From: Octopus vulgaris
Taxonomy: Eukaryota
Assembly: GCA_951406725.2 (NCBI GenBank)
Contig: OX597819.1
Span: 125,240,001 to 125,304,000 of the forward strand
Direction of reading: 5' to 3'
DNA: 64,000 nt
Shown: positions 24,683 through 38,520 of the stretch, piece after piece
Layout of the letters: the number at the start of each line of letters is the position of its first letter
How positions within the stretch are numbered: the stretch's first letter is position 1
Notes under the pieces: generated by a model
Seen by the model: only the letters and a program-made list of their open reading frames with translations
Told to the model about the DNA's origin: nothing
Database searches by the model: none
Program-made: the position numbers and the translations under genes

Positions 24683-24683
<1 letters not shown>

Positions 24684-25390
24684 GAAAAGTTGGCTTTAGA
24701 GTCTGATGAATTGTCCATGGGGCTAACCTCTTTATGGATGTGAAACCATTGGTCACTTTATGACCAGACATATACTTAACTGCATATATATATATATATA
24801 TGTATGTAATTGGTTTTGTAGAATAAACAGGAGTCATAGAACGCGATAAACACACATAGACACATGCTAGTAATTACCTGCAGGTAACTTTATATATTCA
24901 TGTATGTAGGTATGTGTGTGATTTTTCATGGAAAAGTTGTATACACACACAGAGGCATACATAATGTGTGTAGATATAAACACAGACATATTTTTATCAT
25001 TTGGATAATTATACTCTTCGAGACACATGTCTGTGTGTGTATGTATATATATATATTAGCCTGGAAGAGTGTAATTATCCAAATGATAAAAACCTTGCAC
25101 TTAAATTAATGCGTAGGTGTAAATATATACACACACAAATACATACCTTAGTATGCTTCTAATTCCTTTGAGTACACCTATTTTTCTCCTTTTTTTCTTT
25201 ATATTTGCTTCAGTTCACTGATTTATTTGTTTACTTTTGCTTTGGTATCTCTCTAGCATAGTTTTACCTCTATCTGCCCTGATTTCTATGGAAGGTGATT
25301 GTTTACATAATTATCAGGCTTGTATATATCTTCGGGTAAACAACAATAGCTGTTCATCTAAACTTCGCAGATTATTTATGTATTAGAATA

Positions 25391-25445
<55 letters not shown>

Positions 25446-25736
25446 TTTTTTTTTTCGGATTGTTCACTGGCAAGTTAGATATCTTTATGCTTGCTTAAAA
25501 GCCTTTTATTGTGTCTTTAAGTAACTCAGATTTGGACTAAGAAAATACGAATGCCTTATAGTCATTTGCTTCATTCTTCTGTATTCTCGCATAAAATCCT
25601 GCTTCATTTGACTTTACCTCCATACTCTTCAAAATATACTCATTATGTTTTGAGGTGTAATTAATCAAAGGTATCGAACTGATATAAATTTAAAGCTTTT
25701 GCGTGATTGAAAAAAACAGTATCGTTGTTAGCACTG

Positions 25737-26012
25737 TTTGTTGTTTGTTCCTTCTCGAGCCATGCCTGGCTCATAAGGGCCGGTTTCCCGGTTTCCTTGG
25801 CGTATAGGTTCCGCACCTGGGTGGGACGCTGGTCCATCGCAGGTGAGCTGCAAGATGCAGGAGGAAAGAGTCAGCAGAAGTTCGCCATTACCTTCTGCTG
25901 GAGCCACGTAGAGCTTAGGTGTTTCGCTCATAAACACACACATCGGCCGGTCTGAGATTCGAACCCTCGACCGCAAGTCCGCTGCTTTAACCACTAGGCT
26001 ATGTGCCTCCAC
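25737..26012 (-). mobile_element. tRNA-derived SINE
   Basis: A/B boxes TAGCCTAGTGG and GGTTCGAATC on -; TSD TTGTTAGCACTG at 25725-36 and 26013-24. Confidence 0.85.
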
Positions 26013-26672
26013 TTGTTAGCACTGCTATATCACAAAAGTTTATTTTTTTCTGGATTTGTTTGTGTTCCATTCTAGGTGATAACATGTTGTACACTTTCAT
26101 GCTTTTTTTGTTAGATAAGCGTGCATGTTTATGCGAAGGACACTAGTGTGTCCTTTTCTCTACCTTTATGGTCCTCAAAACATGTGCGCATATCCAGTTT
26201 TCAATCCATGGACACCTTTCAATAAAACTCTTCGATATCCCAGTTGAGAAACGATAATCTATAATTCGTAAAAGTCAATAACTTTCATAAATTACTGGCC
26301 ATGGAGATCGCAAATATTTTCTGATTAAATAACAAGGATTCTAATATATGTCAAACAGATTCTTTATAATTAATTTTCTGTGTGTGTGTGTGTGTGTGTG
26401 TGCAGCAGGCTTCTGTAGAATTTCTATCAAACAAATAAATTCCTCTCAAAAACAGCTGAGTAACCTGAGGCTATGAGAGAACACTTGCTCAAAGCGCCTT
26501 ACAGTGGGATCAGCATTTTTTTGAAAAATCAAAATCAAAATCGATCAACATCAATGGAAATTGTAGCTGTGATACCAGTGCCAGTGGCATTTAAAAGAAC
26601 CATCCAAACGATGATGATGATGATGATGATGATGGCTGTAGATAATGTACACATTATGTACCACACATAGAT

Positions 26673-27140
26673 ACCGGCATGGCTGTGTGGTAACGAGCTT
26701 GCTTCCCATTCACATGGTTTTATGTTCAGTCTCTCTGCGTGGCACCTTGGGCAAGTGTTCTTCTATATCTTCAGGCCAACCCAAAGCCTTGTGAGCAGAT
26801 TTGGTAAACAGTAACAGGAAGCAGCCCATAATCTATCTATCTATCTGTCTGTCTGTCTATCTCTCTTTCTGTCTCTCTCTCTGTATCTATGTGTGTCTAT
26901 ATATTTATATGTGTGTGTGTGTCTTTGTATCTGTGTTTTTACACCCACCATCACTTGACAATCGATGTTGGTGTGATTATGTTCCCATAACTTAGTGGTT
27001 CAGCAAAAGGGACCAAAAGAATAAGTACCAGGCTTTTAAAAAAAATAAGTCCTGGGGTCAATTTGTTTATCTAAAACCCTTCAAGGCAGTGCTCTAGAAT
27101 AGCTGCAGTCTTATGTCTGAAACAAGTAAAAGATAAAAGA
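26673..27140 (+). mobile_element. SINE family C, older copy
   Basis: Head, expanded internal microsatellite and tail recognisable. Confidence 0.75.
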
Positions 27141-27973
27141 TCACAACAGCTAAAGAGCAACAAGGACAGGTGCTTGTGAAGGAAACTCACCCTTATCAAG
27201 TAATTTCAGAAACTTTTTTTTAATTTATTGTTCTCTATCGTTAGTACAGTCATTGTTAATTGGTTAAGAAAATCGACACTTTGCCATTCCAGGATTTGTT
27301 TTTATTTTCGTATTCTGAGAGAAAAAGGAACAACTTTGCTTTTACTCTATCAACTTCAAATTTTGATGCTGCCTTTATGTACATAGAAATATTGTTGTAA
27401 GATTATATAAACTTCAAGAACACCAATTCTTTAAGATACAATTTTGGCAATGCTTGAGATATGTGATTTCCATGAGCAACTATTACACACTACAGGAGTG
27501 TTTGAGAGTATTATTCATAAGTAGGGTGCCGTTGTTGTTTTGCCCCATGTTCTATACAAGAAAACCTATAACCAGAATCCTTCCAGCTGTGTTTTGTCAT
27601 TTATTTTCAGACATAGTGTATCTAGGACTATATAATATGAATGCATCTATTCTTCATTTGTGGGGTATTTGGCTTCTAATTCTACAAAGTTGCAAAATAA
27701 AAACTTCCTTTGATGGCCAATGAACAAGGTGTAGTGTTGTGGGGTTGATTCCATGCTTAGCAACTATTTTGGTAGTATGAAAATAGGATTGCCATCATCT
27801 CAGTAAAAGATTTTTCAGGGTTTCTGTGGAAGCCCTATAATTTTGGTGATAGTTGTTTTGGGTTCCATGTACATGTGTGTATAGGGTTACAGAAGAATGA
27901 AAGGTGATATCATCTACATGGTTGTGTGTGTGTGTGAGTGCATATGTATATGTGCATGCATGCATAAGGGATT

Positions 27974-28041
27974 ATAATTGACAATGTAAAGGGCATTAAC
28001 GTGCAGAATAATTGACAATGTAAAGGGCATTAACGTGCAGA
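27974..28041. repeat. 34-bp perfect tandem duplication
   Basis: ATAATTGACAATGTAAAGGGCATTAACGTGCAGA x2. Confidence 0.9.
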
Positions 28042-28112
28042 AGACATAACCAAAGCCTAGGCTATACCACAGTTGACAGAATGTATATCACTGAGATCCC
28101 TGTTGCTGTGTA

Positions 28113-28480
28113 TCATCATCATCATCGTTTAACGTCCGCTTTCCATGCTAGCATGGGTTGGACGATTTTGACTGAGGGCTGGCAAACCAGATGGCTGCAC
28201 CAGGCTCCAATCTTGATCTGGCAGAGTTTCTACAGCTGGATGCCTTTCCTAACGCCAACCACTCCAAGAGTGTAGTTGGTGCTTTTTACGTGCCACCAGC
28301 ACGGGGGCCATTCAGACGGTACTGGCAACGACCTTGCTCGAATCTTTTTACATATGCCACCAGAACAAGTGCCAGTAAGGTAATATTGGTAACGATCACG
28401 CCCGAATGGTGTCTTTTACGTGCCACTGGCACGGAGGCCAGATAGCCGCTCTGACAACGTCCACGCTCGGATGGTGCTCT
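28113..28480 (-). mobile_element. Retroposon family A
   Basis: Core and subrepeats. Confidence 0.85.
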
Positions 28481-28672
28481 TATTTAATGTTTGGAAAAAC
28501 AATTTGCTAAAAATAAACTTCAGCAATTTATATACAATTTAAAAACCAGTCCATGATAACAGGAAATATGAAAAATACTTAACCAATCAAAGTTGGCCCC
28601 AAAAACATAAAATAAATATTTTCAAAAAGAAACATACTCTGTTCAGAATATTTTTCATTTTAGTTTTAATAT

Positions 28673-29077
28673 ACTCTTTACTCTTTACTCTTTTACTTGT
28701 TTCAGTCATTTGACTGCAGCCATGCTGGAGCACCGCCTTTTAGTCAAGCAAATCAACCCTGGGACTTATTCTTTGTAAGCCCAGTACTTATTCTATCGGT
28801 CGCTTTTTGCCGAACCGTTAAGTGACGGGGACGTAAACACACCAGCATCGGTTATCAAGCAATGCTAGGGGGACAAACAGAAACACACACACATACATAT
28901 ATATACATATATACGACAGGCTTCTTTCAGTTTCCGTCTACCAAATCCACTCACAAGGCATTGGTCGGCCCGGGGCTATAGCAGAAGACACTTGCCCAAG
29001 ATGTCACACTGTGGGACTGAACCCGGAACCATGTGGTTGGTTAGCAAGCTACTTACCACACAGCCACTCCTGTGCCT
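28673..29077 (-). mobile_element. SINE family C
   Basis: As 11216. Confidence 0.85.
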
Positions 29078-30254
29078 ACTTTTTTTTTTTTATCTATTAT
29101 TCCCATCTGCTAAATTTCTCTGTTAAACACTATTAAATGACATACATAAGGGTACACACACTGTCCAAAAATATGCGTCTGCAGTACTGATTGTTCAGTA
29201 GGAGTAAGTAGACATAAAAATATGTAGGCTAGCTTTAGATTCAAGTACTTTATATTCATATTTACAGCAGTTCAAGCATGACGTGATTTTTCTTTGTAGA
29301 CAAGTCAAAGTACGTAATAAGATTAAGAAGTATCTCGAGCACTTTTAGATGTCTGTACCTGGAACACTTTTCTCTGTTGAGAAATCAGTTCCTTATCTAT
29401 GAATTCTACAAAATGTTCGCAATCATGGTTATAATTAATCAGCATTATTGGTGATCACAAGCCAAGAAAAGATCTTCTATTTGATCTGCTTGAAATAACA
29501 AGCAAATCTCTCTAATTACATACTGTTTAGAGTAATGAATTAACAGAATTATCAAAGCTTTGGACAAAATGCCTTACAATATTTGTTCTGGTACTTTGCA
29601 TTCTGAGTTCAAATCTCACCAAGTCAAACATCACTTTTCATCCTTTCAGAGTCCCTAAAATCAAATAAAAGCGCAGACTGGAGGACTAGCAAAATTCTTA
29701 GACCGTTTGACAAAATGCAGTGTTTATTCAAGTGCTTCATATTCCGAGTTTCCATGCAAAATGTGGCCAACTTGTCTGTACCTAACCAATAGTGGACCAA
29801 GTGGTCTGGCTTGAGCATTATTCCAACATGGAATAATGACATGAGAGGATGAACCTCAATATATAAGAGGTGTCTGGAAGCTCCATGGAGCCAATATATT
29901 GATACCTATCATCCTTTGTCTGTTTCCTTGTCCTTGAAACAATTGTATAAGTCCAGATGTGTGTATGATTCAAGTTGGCACATTTTCATCACTTCAAAAC
30001 AAGTCATCATGCAAATTGTTGGTTAATCATTGTTGTGGCCCTAGGAATGTCATCATCAGTGATAAGAGAAATCATCAGTGAGGAAGATGTAGGAACAACA
30101 TCATGTGTCAAAATAGACCAATCCCAAACTAAATTGTCTTCATTAGGAATAATGTAGGACAGAAAGCAAAATAAAAACAGTCAGGATGGTCATAGATCTG
30201 CTTGTTCAGATCAGAGTCATCCTAAGAAACAGCATTGAAGCCTAATCATCATCA

Positions 30255-30314
<60 letters not shown>

Positions 30315-30315
30315 G

Positions 30316-30545
30316 CAAGGTCATTGCCAGTACCGCCTGACTGGCCCCATGCCGGTGGCACGTAAAAAGCACCCACTACACTCTCAGAGTGGTTGGCGTT
30401 AAGAAGGGCATCCAGCTGTAGAAACTCTACCAGATCAAGATTGGAGCCTGGTGTGGCCGTCTGGTTCGCCAGCCCTCAGTCAAAATCGTCCAATCCTCTC
30501 ATGCTAGCATGGAAAGTGGATGTTAAATGATGATGATGATGATGA
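30316..30545 (+). mobile_element. Retroposon family A
   Basis: Lies between (ATT)n and family D. Confidence 0.85.
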
Positions 30546-30880
30546 GTGGGAGAGCAGAGTATGCCATCAAAGTGACACTGGGGTAAAATATACGAAGCCC
30601 AGTATACCCATCAAGACTACCCGTCTGATAAAGGTACACCAGGCACATGCATCACAACCATATGTGCGCAACATGGTGATCTCATATGAAGATAAACAGC
30701 ACATGACCTTGCAAGTGGGGCCCAGTAAGAATTTTCTTCTGGTCGAGTAACCCATCCCTCTCAAAAGGTCCCTGAATAAGGGTTGTTTAAGGATGTTGAA
30801 CGAAACACCCATGTTTCCAGAGGGGAATTATTCAAACCCAAAAAAATCCCTCTCAACACATGGCTATGAATGCCATGCTA
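30544..30880 (+). mobile_element. Repeat family D, partial copy (TAA-microsatellite associated)
   Basis: Reverse-complement match to about 54930-55258; adjacent to (ATT)n. Confidence 0.7.
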
Positions 30881-30947
30881 TTATTATTATTATATCATAT
30901 AGAAAAATAATATTCCCATATACCTTAAGAAGAAACTCACACACTCC

Positions 30948-30987
<40 letters not shown>

Positions 30988-31366
30988 CACACACACACAC
31001 ACACACACACGCATACACATATTAGAATAGGTGCAGAGCAATATATCAATGAAAGTGTTACCTATTTCTCATTAATAAATTGGGAGACAATGAAATTTGC
31101 TGATGTATGGCCGTGATTAGAAATGCTAATGGAATATTGAGAGAAAAATGTTTGACTTTTTATATGTATAAAAATACTCTGAGCTGTAAGCTGGCATTAA
31201 TGCAAATGATTCACCCTGGCCCAATTCCCTGGAGAACAATCAGTTGTCCCTGATTTCTTGAATAGTTGTCCCTTATAGCAACTATTGATGTGTTACATAA
31301 ACTGGATAATTTTCATATATATATGTATATATAAGTATGTGTATGACCCTTCTGTCCGAGTCAGAC

Positions 31367-31643
31367 GCCATGATAGATCGTTAGCCACTACACGCATTTT
31401 TTTTCTCTCCTTGTTTCTCTCCTTGTTTCTTTCTGTGTTCCTTTCTGTGGAAAAGCGTAGGCTCGAAGACTTTTTCAATTCTTGAGCGTTATACTAATAC
31501 ATCTTTTTGTTTTCTAAACCACCTGTCTTCGCCTTTTGTTTTCTTCGTGAATTCTTCCTATATATATATATACACTAATACGTTTGTTTGTTTTCTACAC
31601 CACCTGTCTTCACCTTTTGTTTTTTTCGTGAATTCTTCCTATT

Positions 31644-31674
<31 letters not shown>

Positions 31675-31890
31675 ACTTGTGTATACATACATATACATTT
31701 GCCATGATAGATCGTTAGCCACTACACACATTTTTTTTCTCTCCTTGTTTTGTCTGTGTCCCTTTCTGTAGAAGAGCTTAGGCTCAAAACGTAAAAGACT
31801 TTTTCTATTCCTGAGCATTATACTAATACATCTGTTTGTTTTGTACACCACCTGTCTTCTTCTTCTTTTTTTTCGTAAACTCTCCCTATA
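31367..31890 (+). mobile_element. Tandem Penelope-pLTR-like fragments with minimal hammerhead-like motif
   Basis: Two copies starting GCCATGATAGATCGTTAGCCACTACAC (31367, 31701) plus a partial copy between; motif CTGTRGA-AGAGC.TAG GCTC-RAAACGTA. Confidence 0.5.
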
Positions 31891-32291
31891 TATATGTATA
31901 CATACATTAATGTGTGTGTGTGTATATATATATAGATAGAAAGATAGATATCGTTTTAACATCTATTTTCAATGGTTGTATGGATCAGATGAAATTCATT
32001 GAGGTAGATTTTCTATGGTCTCTAATGCTCACCTATTTCCAAGTAAAGTATAATTTCCCTATTACCAGACTTATGAAAGGATGAGGCTCATTGACAAGTA
32101 CCATCCAATGTTAAGACTAGAATACACACAACAGGCTTCTTTTAGTTTCCATCTACCAAATCCACTCACAAGGCTTTGGTCAGCCCAAGGCTGTAGTAGA
32201 AGACATTTGCCCAAGCTGCCATGCAGTTGGACTGCACCCAGAACCATGTGGTTGGGAAGCAAGCTTCTTACCACACAGCCACTCCTGTGTC

Positions 32292-32351
<60 letters not shown>

Positions 32352-32352
32352 T

Positions 32353-32808
32353 ATCATCATCATTTCATGTCTGTTTTCCATGCTGGCATGGGTTGGACAG
32401 TTTGACTGCAGACTGGCAAGCCAGGAGGCCACACCAGGCTCCAATCTGATGTGGCAATGTTTCTACAGCTGGGTGCCCTTCCTAATGCCAACCACTCCAA
32501 GAGTGTAGTGGGTGCTTTTATGTGCCACCGGCACAAGGGCCAGTTTGGTGGTACTGGCAATAGCCACGCCGAAATGGTGCTTTTTAGGTGCCACCTGCAC
32601 AGGAGCGAGTCCAGCGGCACTGGCGACGACCCCACTCGAATGTTGCACGTGCCACCAGCACAAGTGCTAGTAAGGCGACACGGTGTGCTTAACGTGCCAT
32701 TGGCACGAAGGCCAGCTTGTTGCTCTGGCAAAGATCTCACTCGTATGGTACTCTTAGTGCTCCACTAGCAACGGATACCAGTCACCGAGTTTGATTTCGA
32801 CTTCGATT
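32353..32808 (-). mobile_element. Retroposon family A, long copy
   Basis: Several subrepeats and an (AAATCG)-type head. Confidence 0.85.
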
Positions 32809-33580
32809 GGTCTTATTTACATCTTAGTGATGTGAGCCATTTGAGAGCCACATTACTTGGCACCGACGCAATACAGCATCTGTGACTGTACAAGACCTGT
32901 TGGTTCCTCAGGTGTCTCCTCCATTTTGGCACTTCAGTAATTTTACAAATGTGTGAACGAATGCGATATAGACATCAGGGTAATATCAATAATACATGAA
33001 CCAACAGCTCTGGTGGATTATTGATTACTTTCACATCAGCCATTCCAATATATTTATGCATGTCAAAATGTCCATAATCACAGAATCACAATGCATGCAT
33101 CAGTCAACTTTTGCTTTATACTTCCCCTAACCCCCACCTCGTCTAACCCCTATTCTGTTACATTTGCTTATTTTTATTTATTTATTTATTTATTTTGTCT
33201 CCCTTCTTTAGAGTTTTGTTTCAAAAAAATAATATTTCTTTTGAGATTCCATTTTCACACCACAGGACATCAACAGAATAAGTGTAAAAGGCAGAGAAAG
33301 CATTATTTATTTCTGTTTATGCACCATTTTAATCTCAAGAGAATTCCCACAAAGCTATAGGCTCATCTTTTCCAGAAGAGGAACTATAGGCATAAAATTT
33401 ATAAAATAGGAAATATACCGTTTGAACATTTACATCACGTGTGTGTTAATGCATACCAAAAGTTATATGGATATTTATACAAATCATAATTATACATTAG
33501 TCATACATACACATGCATACACACACACACACACAATCTTTCAGCTGATTGGTTGGTTTATTATATGGTAAGGAAAAGAA

Positions 33581-33987
33581 GGCGGCGAGCTGGCAGAAAC
33601 GTTAGCATGCCGGGCGAAATGCTTTGCGGTACTTCGTCTGCCGTTATGTTCTGAGTTCAAATTCCGCCGAGGTCAACTTTGCCTTTCATCCTTTCAGGGT
33701 CGATAAATTAAGTACCAGTTACGTACTGGAGTCGATGTAATCGACTTAATCTGTTTGTCTGCCCTTGTTTGTCCTCTCTGCGTTTAGCCCCTTGTGGGTA
33801 GTAAAGAAATAGGTATTTCATCCGTCTTTACGTTCTGAGTTCAAATTCCACCGAGGTTGACTTTGCCTTTCATCCTTTCAGGGTCGATAAATTAAGTACC
33901 AGTTACGCACTGGGGTCGACTTAATCCGTTTGTCTGTCCTTGTTTGTCCCCTCTGTGTTTAGCCCCCTTGTGGGTAGTAAAGAAATA
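33581..33987 (+). mobile_element. SINE family B, partial dimer
   Basis: 3' portion duplicated in tandem; TSD-like TATATGGTAAGG on both flanks. Confidence 0.85.
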
Positions 33988-34675
33988 TATATGGTAAGGG
34001 AAAGAATCAACTTGTCAGTATTCCCTTCTTTTTTTCCTTTTCTAGTAATAGGAATAGAAATATATTCATTAACACAACTAAATTTTCCTTTCTTTTAATT
34101 TTACTTTCAATGATGGAACGGAACTCTTTGTGTCTCAGTACAAAGTTGTAAGGGTTTATTACATTAAATTAAATTATTTTTAACTCTGATGAAGAAAAAG
34201 GAGGAAATATAGAGAGATATAAAATGAAGGTATTTCTTCACATTCCAATAAGGGAGCTCTGTATCTTTATTAGAAACCAGCCTCCTCAAAGGAAGAATTA
34301 AAATTATTAAAAACAGAAGTGAACATAACTTTAATATAATTTGGGTAAAGCCCTCCACTCCATCTAGGACTACATTACCTAATGTATCCTTTATTTTGTA
34401 ATGTGTGATATGAGGGAGATTTTACCTACTACTTCTAACAGATCAAAAAACCATGTAGAAGCTCACTCAGCTTATTATTTAGGACTATAATCAAAGCTGT
34501 TCCACCCATGACCATCCCATCATATTTTCAGACATGATGTATGTAGGAATCTGCTTGCCAGTGTGTTCTTCCCTTTTTAAGAAGGTTGGGTATGATCTGA
34601 TGAATATTTGGTTGCTATTATTGGTAGATCAAGCAACCATGCAAAGATTGTCTTGTGAGTTCATATTTAAAGCTG

Positions 34676-35007
34676 TTGGTCAATGCCAGCGCCGCCTTGA
34701 CTGGCTTCCATACTGGTGGCACGTAAAAAGCACCAACTGATTGTGGCTGTTGCCAGCCTCGCCTGGCGCCTGTAAAAAGCACCAACCAATCGTGGCCATT
34801 GCCAGCCTCACCTGGCACCTGTGCCGGTGGCACATAAAAAGCACCCACTACACTCACAGAGTGGTTGGTGTTAGGAAGGGCATCCAGCTGTAGAAACAAT
34901 GCCAGATTAGACTAGAGCCTGGTGCAACCTTCTGGCTTCTCAGACCCCGGTTGAACCATCCAACCCATACTAGCATGGAAAACAGACGTTAAACGATGAT
35001 GATGATG
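34676..35007 (+). mobile_element. Retroposon family A
   Basis: Subrepeats, core and tail. Confidence 0.85.
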
Positions 35008-35602
35008 TTTAGACCAAAGTGAACTTCGATTGAGCAATTCTATCATCATAGGCATTCCACCTATAAACATTTAAAGCAGTTAAAGTAAATTGTTGAGACA
35101 GCAGTGTAAAGAATTTGTCTGTAAATGTATAGCTTATTTAGTTTCAAAACTTGCAGGAGGACGCTGGCTATAACAATATCAATGTTCTTTAATGGACCTT
35201 TTATAGAAAGACTCATTCAACAATAAACTGAGTTGTAAGCCATTAATTGGCAATTCTTGATTTCTCCTTTTCTTTTTCAAAATCCTCATCAGTGCCAAGA
35301 AGCAAGTCAATAAACAGAACACATCCTACATTAAGTGTAAGCAGATTAAATTCTTAATTAGAGTAAAAGCACTGGAAATTTTTCATTTCCTTCCTTCTCT
35401 CTCTCTCTCTCTCTTTCTCTATGTATATAATGCAATGTATGTGTGTGTGTATATATATATACACACACACACACTAATATATATATATATTACTAATATA
35501 TATATTGTTATTTATGTATTGGTTTATGTCTATCACTGTTTGAGTTGCATAATATTGGTTTTTCTCTAATTTATATTTTATATATATATGTGTGTGTGTG
35601 TA

Positions 35603-35638
<36 letters not shown>

Positions 35639-35847
35639 GGCATTTATATAGTTATACATATGGTTAAATATTTTTAATGATAATACATTACCATTTCTCA
35701 TGTTGCTTCACCTTCATTTTTCCTTCATAATATGTGAATTACATGTTGCTTAAATCGTAGAAGTATGTCCATGTACACACATACTCCCTCTAGCTCACAT
35801 ATACAGACACACTCTCTTTTTCTCTCTCACTCTCTCTCACTCTCACA

Positions 35848-35901
<54 letters not shown>

Positions 35902-36293
35902 ACATGCACATACATCCTGCTACACACAAGTTTATCAGTTCCTGAGTCATTGTAAAGGTTTACAAAATGCAAAATGCTGTACAAAGAGTAGACATGTACA
36001 CATTACAATAGTGTGTGCATGTGTACATGTTTATGTGAGCACATACATGCATGCGTGTGCACATGAGCACGTGTGCACATGCATGTGTATGTGTGTGTGT
36101 GTGTGCCTGTGTGTTTCATACATTGAAGCAAACTCAGTTTTTCACCTGGTTTAGCATCATTACCTGGTCCTTGGTTACCTTTAGGAGTCATTCATTCTAT
36201 AGTAAGCATTTGGATCAGCTGTTCCGTTTAAGGATGACCCAGGATCTTCTTATGTTACTTTCTTCTGCACAAACTTCTGATTCACGGCTAAAT

Positions 36294-36600
36294 TGTTTTG
36301 TTTGTTCCTTCTCAAGCCACGCCTGGCTCATATGGGCCAGTTTCCCGGTTTCCTTGGCGTATAGGTTCCCCACCTGGACGGGACGCCGGTCCGACACAGG
36401 TGAGCTGCAAGATGTAGGAGGAAAGACTGAGAGAAAGTTGTGGCGAAAGAGTCAGCAGAAGTTCGCCGTTACCTTCTGCCGGAGCCGCGTGGAGCTTAGG
36501 TGTTTTGCTCATACACACACACATCGCCCAGTCTGAGATTCAAACCTGCGATCCCTCGACCGCGAGTCCACTGCTCTAACCACTAGGCCATGTGCCTCCG
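36294..36600 (-). mobile_element. tRNA-derived SINE, same family as 25737
   Basis: Colinear with 25737-26012; flanking GGCTAAATT repeat. Confidence 0.85.
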
Positions 36601-37693
36601 TGGCTAAATTAAAACCATGTATCAAAATATCATGTTAAATTATATTCCAAATACTGGTTTAATAATAATGTTATTTTGCTAAATTTTTGATTATTTTCAA
36701 AATTAACTGAAAGAAAACAGAAATAGGCTAACAAAAGGGTTAAGGTTGTAAGGGATGATTTGAGGAAGATTTAGCTTTTTCGTTTAGCAGCCTTGCAGAA
36801 GTTCCTTTGCTGATTTGTGTGGTGATGGTCGTGGCAGCAGCAGCAGCAGTTGATGTTGTCCAAATAACAGAAAAATGTTAAGATCATTGCTTGAAAGACC
36901 AGACCCACCCATAAGCAGTCCTTGAGTCTTGGCATGTTGTTAAACCAATTACTGGCGAAAAGGAGTACTTGAGTTCGTGTGTGTGAGTGTTGTTTATATT
37001 AAGTAATTCTACTTCTTAACAGACTTCAAACATCTTATTTTAAATTTAGGCTAAACTCATCATGAAAGCATTATTTACCTTGAACAATCTCTCTTTCAGA
37101 ATGACAACAACTACTTCTACTACTACTACTACCTACTAACCCTTCAACTAAAATACACAGATTCTACTTTATTATTCCTGCTGTTGTTGTTGTTGCTTTG
37201 TTTTTTGTTTTTGTTTTTCCTACTTACATTTCTATTTATAATTAGTGAAATATTTAACATATCCATTGTCTGTAAGCAAATTGAGATCTGGGTTGACTAT
37301 CCACTTTCCCCCCAATATGTTTGTTTTCTTGTTTTCCTTACCAAACACCATCAAAAGAACATTAAAGTCTGTGTCTCTCTCCCCCTTTCTTTTTCTCTCT
37401 TGTCCTCTAATTTTATTTCTGTTTTAGCTTGCTCTCTCCTTTATTAATTGTACTACACTCATAAAGTTCTCATGTCAAATGTACTTGTGATACAACAGGG
37501 TGAAGAAAGATCTCTCTCTCTCTCTCTCACACATTCAAGGACAAAATCATAGTTATATACATCACCCTTGAAAGCCCTTTAGGGTTTCGGAGAGATTTAT
37601 ATACAGACATCATTACCTCCAACCCCAAGCATCTGATCAAATTTGCCAAGTGTGTGGAAACCCATCATATTTTTGTGTACACACGTCAATGAT

Positions 37694-38520
37694 TGATGCA
37701 CCTGGACACATCTTCAGTGATGTGCCTGGTATCATCAGGTGTCTTGGGTCTTTAAACATCATACACCCTCCTTCAGGTGACCCAGCTGGGCCTGATCAGA
37801 CCACAGCTTGTGTCCAGATGGCCTGCTAGCTACCCCATGGCTCTCATCTTTTGATCCACAGCCAACTTGAGGCCCTCTCTACTGCATAGGTGGTACTGCA
37901 GATGGCCTTCCTCCTTCTCACTCCCTCGATGCACAGACTGCTGAAGGCTCTGGTCAGGGAATGGGCTGCAAAACCCCTGCATCCTATCTCTACTGGGAGA
38001 CACCTCGCTCTCCAACCATCCCACTGGCCGTCACTGACCAAACCCATGTACTTGGAGAGCTTTCTCTCAAAAGCCTCTTCCAGGTGATCTTCTCATGGGA
38101 CAGTCAGCTCTAGCAGCACCACTTGCTTGGTGGACTCAGACACGAGAACAATGTCTGGTCGCAGGGTGGTGACCGCAATGTGGTCAGGGAACTTCAGCTG
38201 ATGCTCAAGATCCACCAGCAGCTGCCAGTCTCTTGCAGATGTTAGGATGACCACCGATGTTTTTCTGGCAGGGTTTGACTGTTCCCCAGCTCTGACAAAG
38301 GCGATGGTTTTCTTGGAGGGTCGGAACCACTTCACCCTTACAAGTCCTGCATTGATGCCTTCAGCAATGGTCTTAAGGACTTAGTCATGCCTCCAGTGGT
38401 ACCATCCTTCTCCAAGTGCCCCCATGCAGCATCTGAGGATGTGTTCCGGGGTTCCTCGCTTAGAACACAATGCACATGCTGGTGTCTCTGCTATGCCCCA
38501 TGTGTGCAGGTTTGATGTGG
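37694..38520 (-). mobile_element. HERO-clade (RLE) non-LTR retrotransposon 3' fragment
   Basis: Minus-strand peptides NLHTWG..TPACALC..RGTPEHILRCC..ALGEGWYHWRHD, DWQLLVDL...LRPDIVLVSESTKQVVLLELTVP and CLPVEIGCRGF...AVERASSWLWIKR. Confidence 0.85.

Noticed and set aside
24010-24855. Long ORFs of 126-261 aa rich in Y/I/M/H/C/V (also at 47392-47670, 51620-51834, 56003-56513)
   Set aside because: Translations of microsatellites that lack stop codons; no splice or codon evidence.
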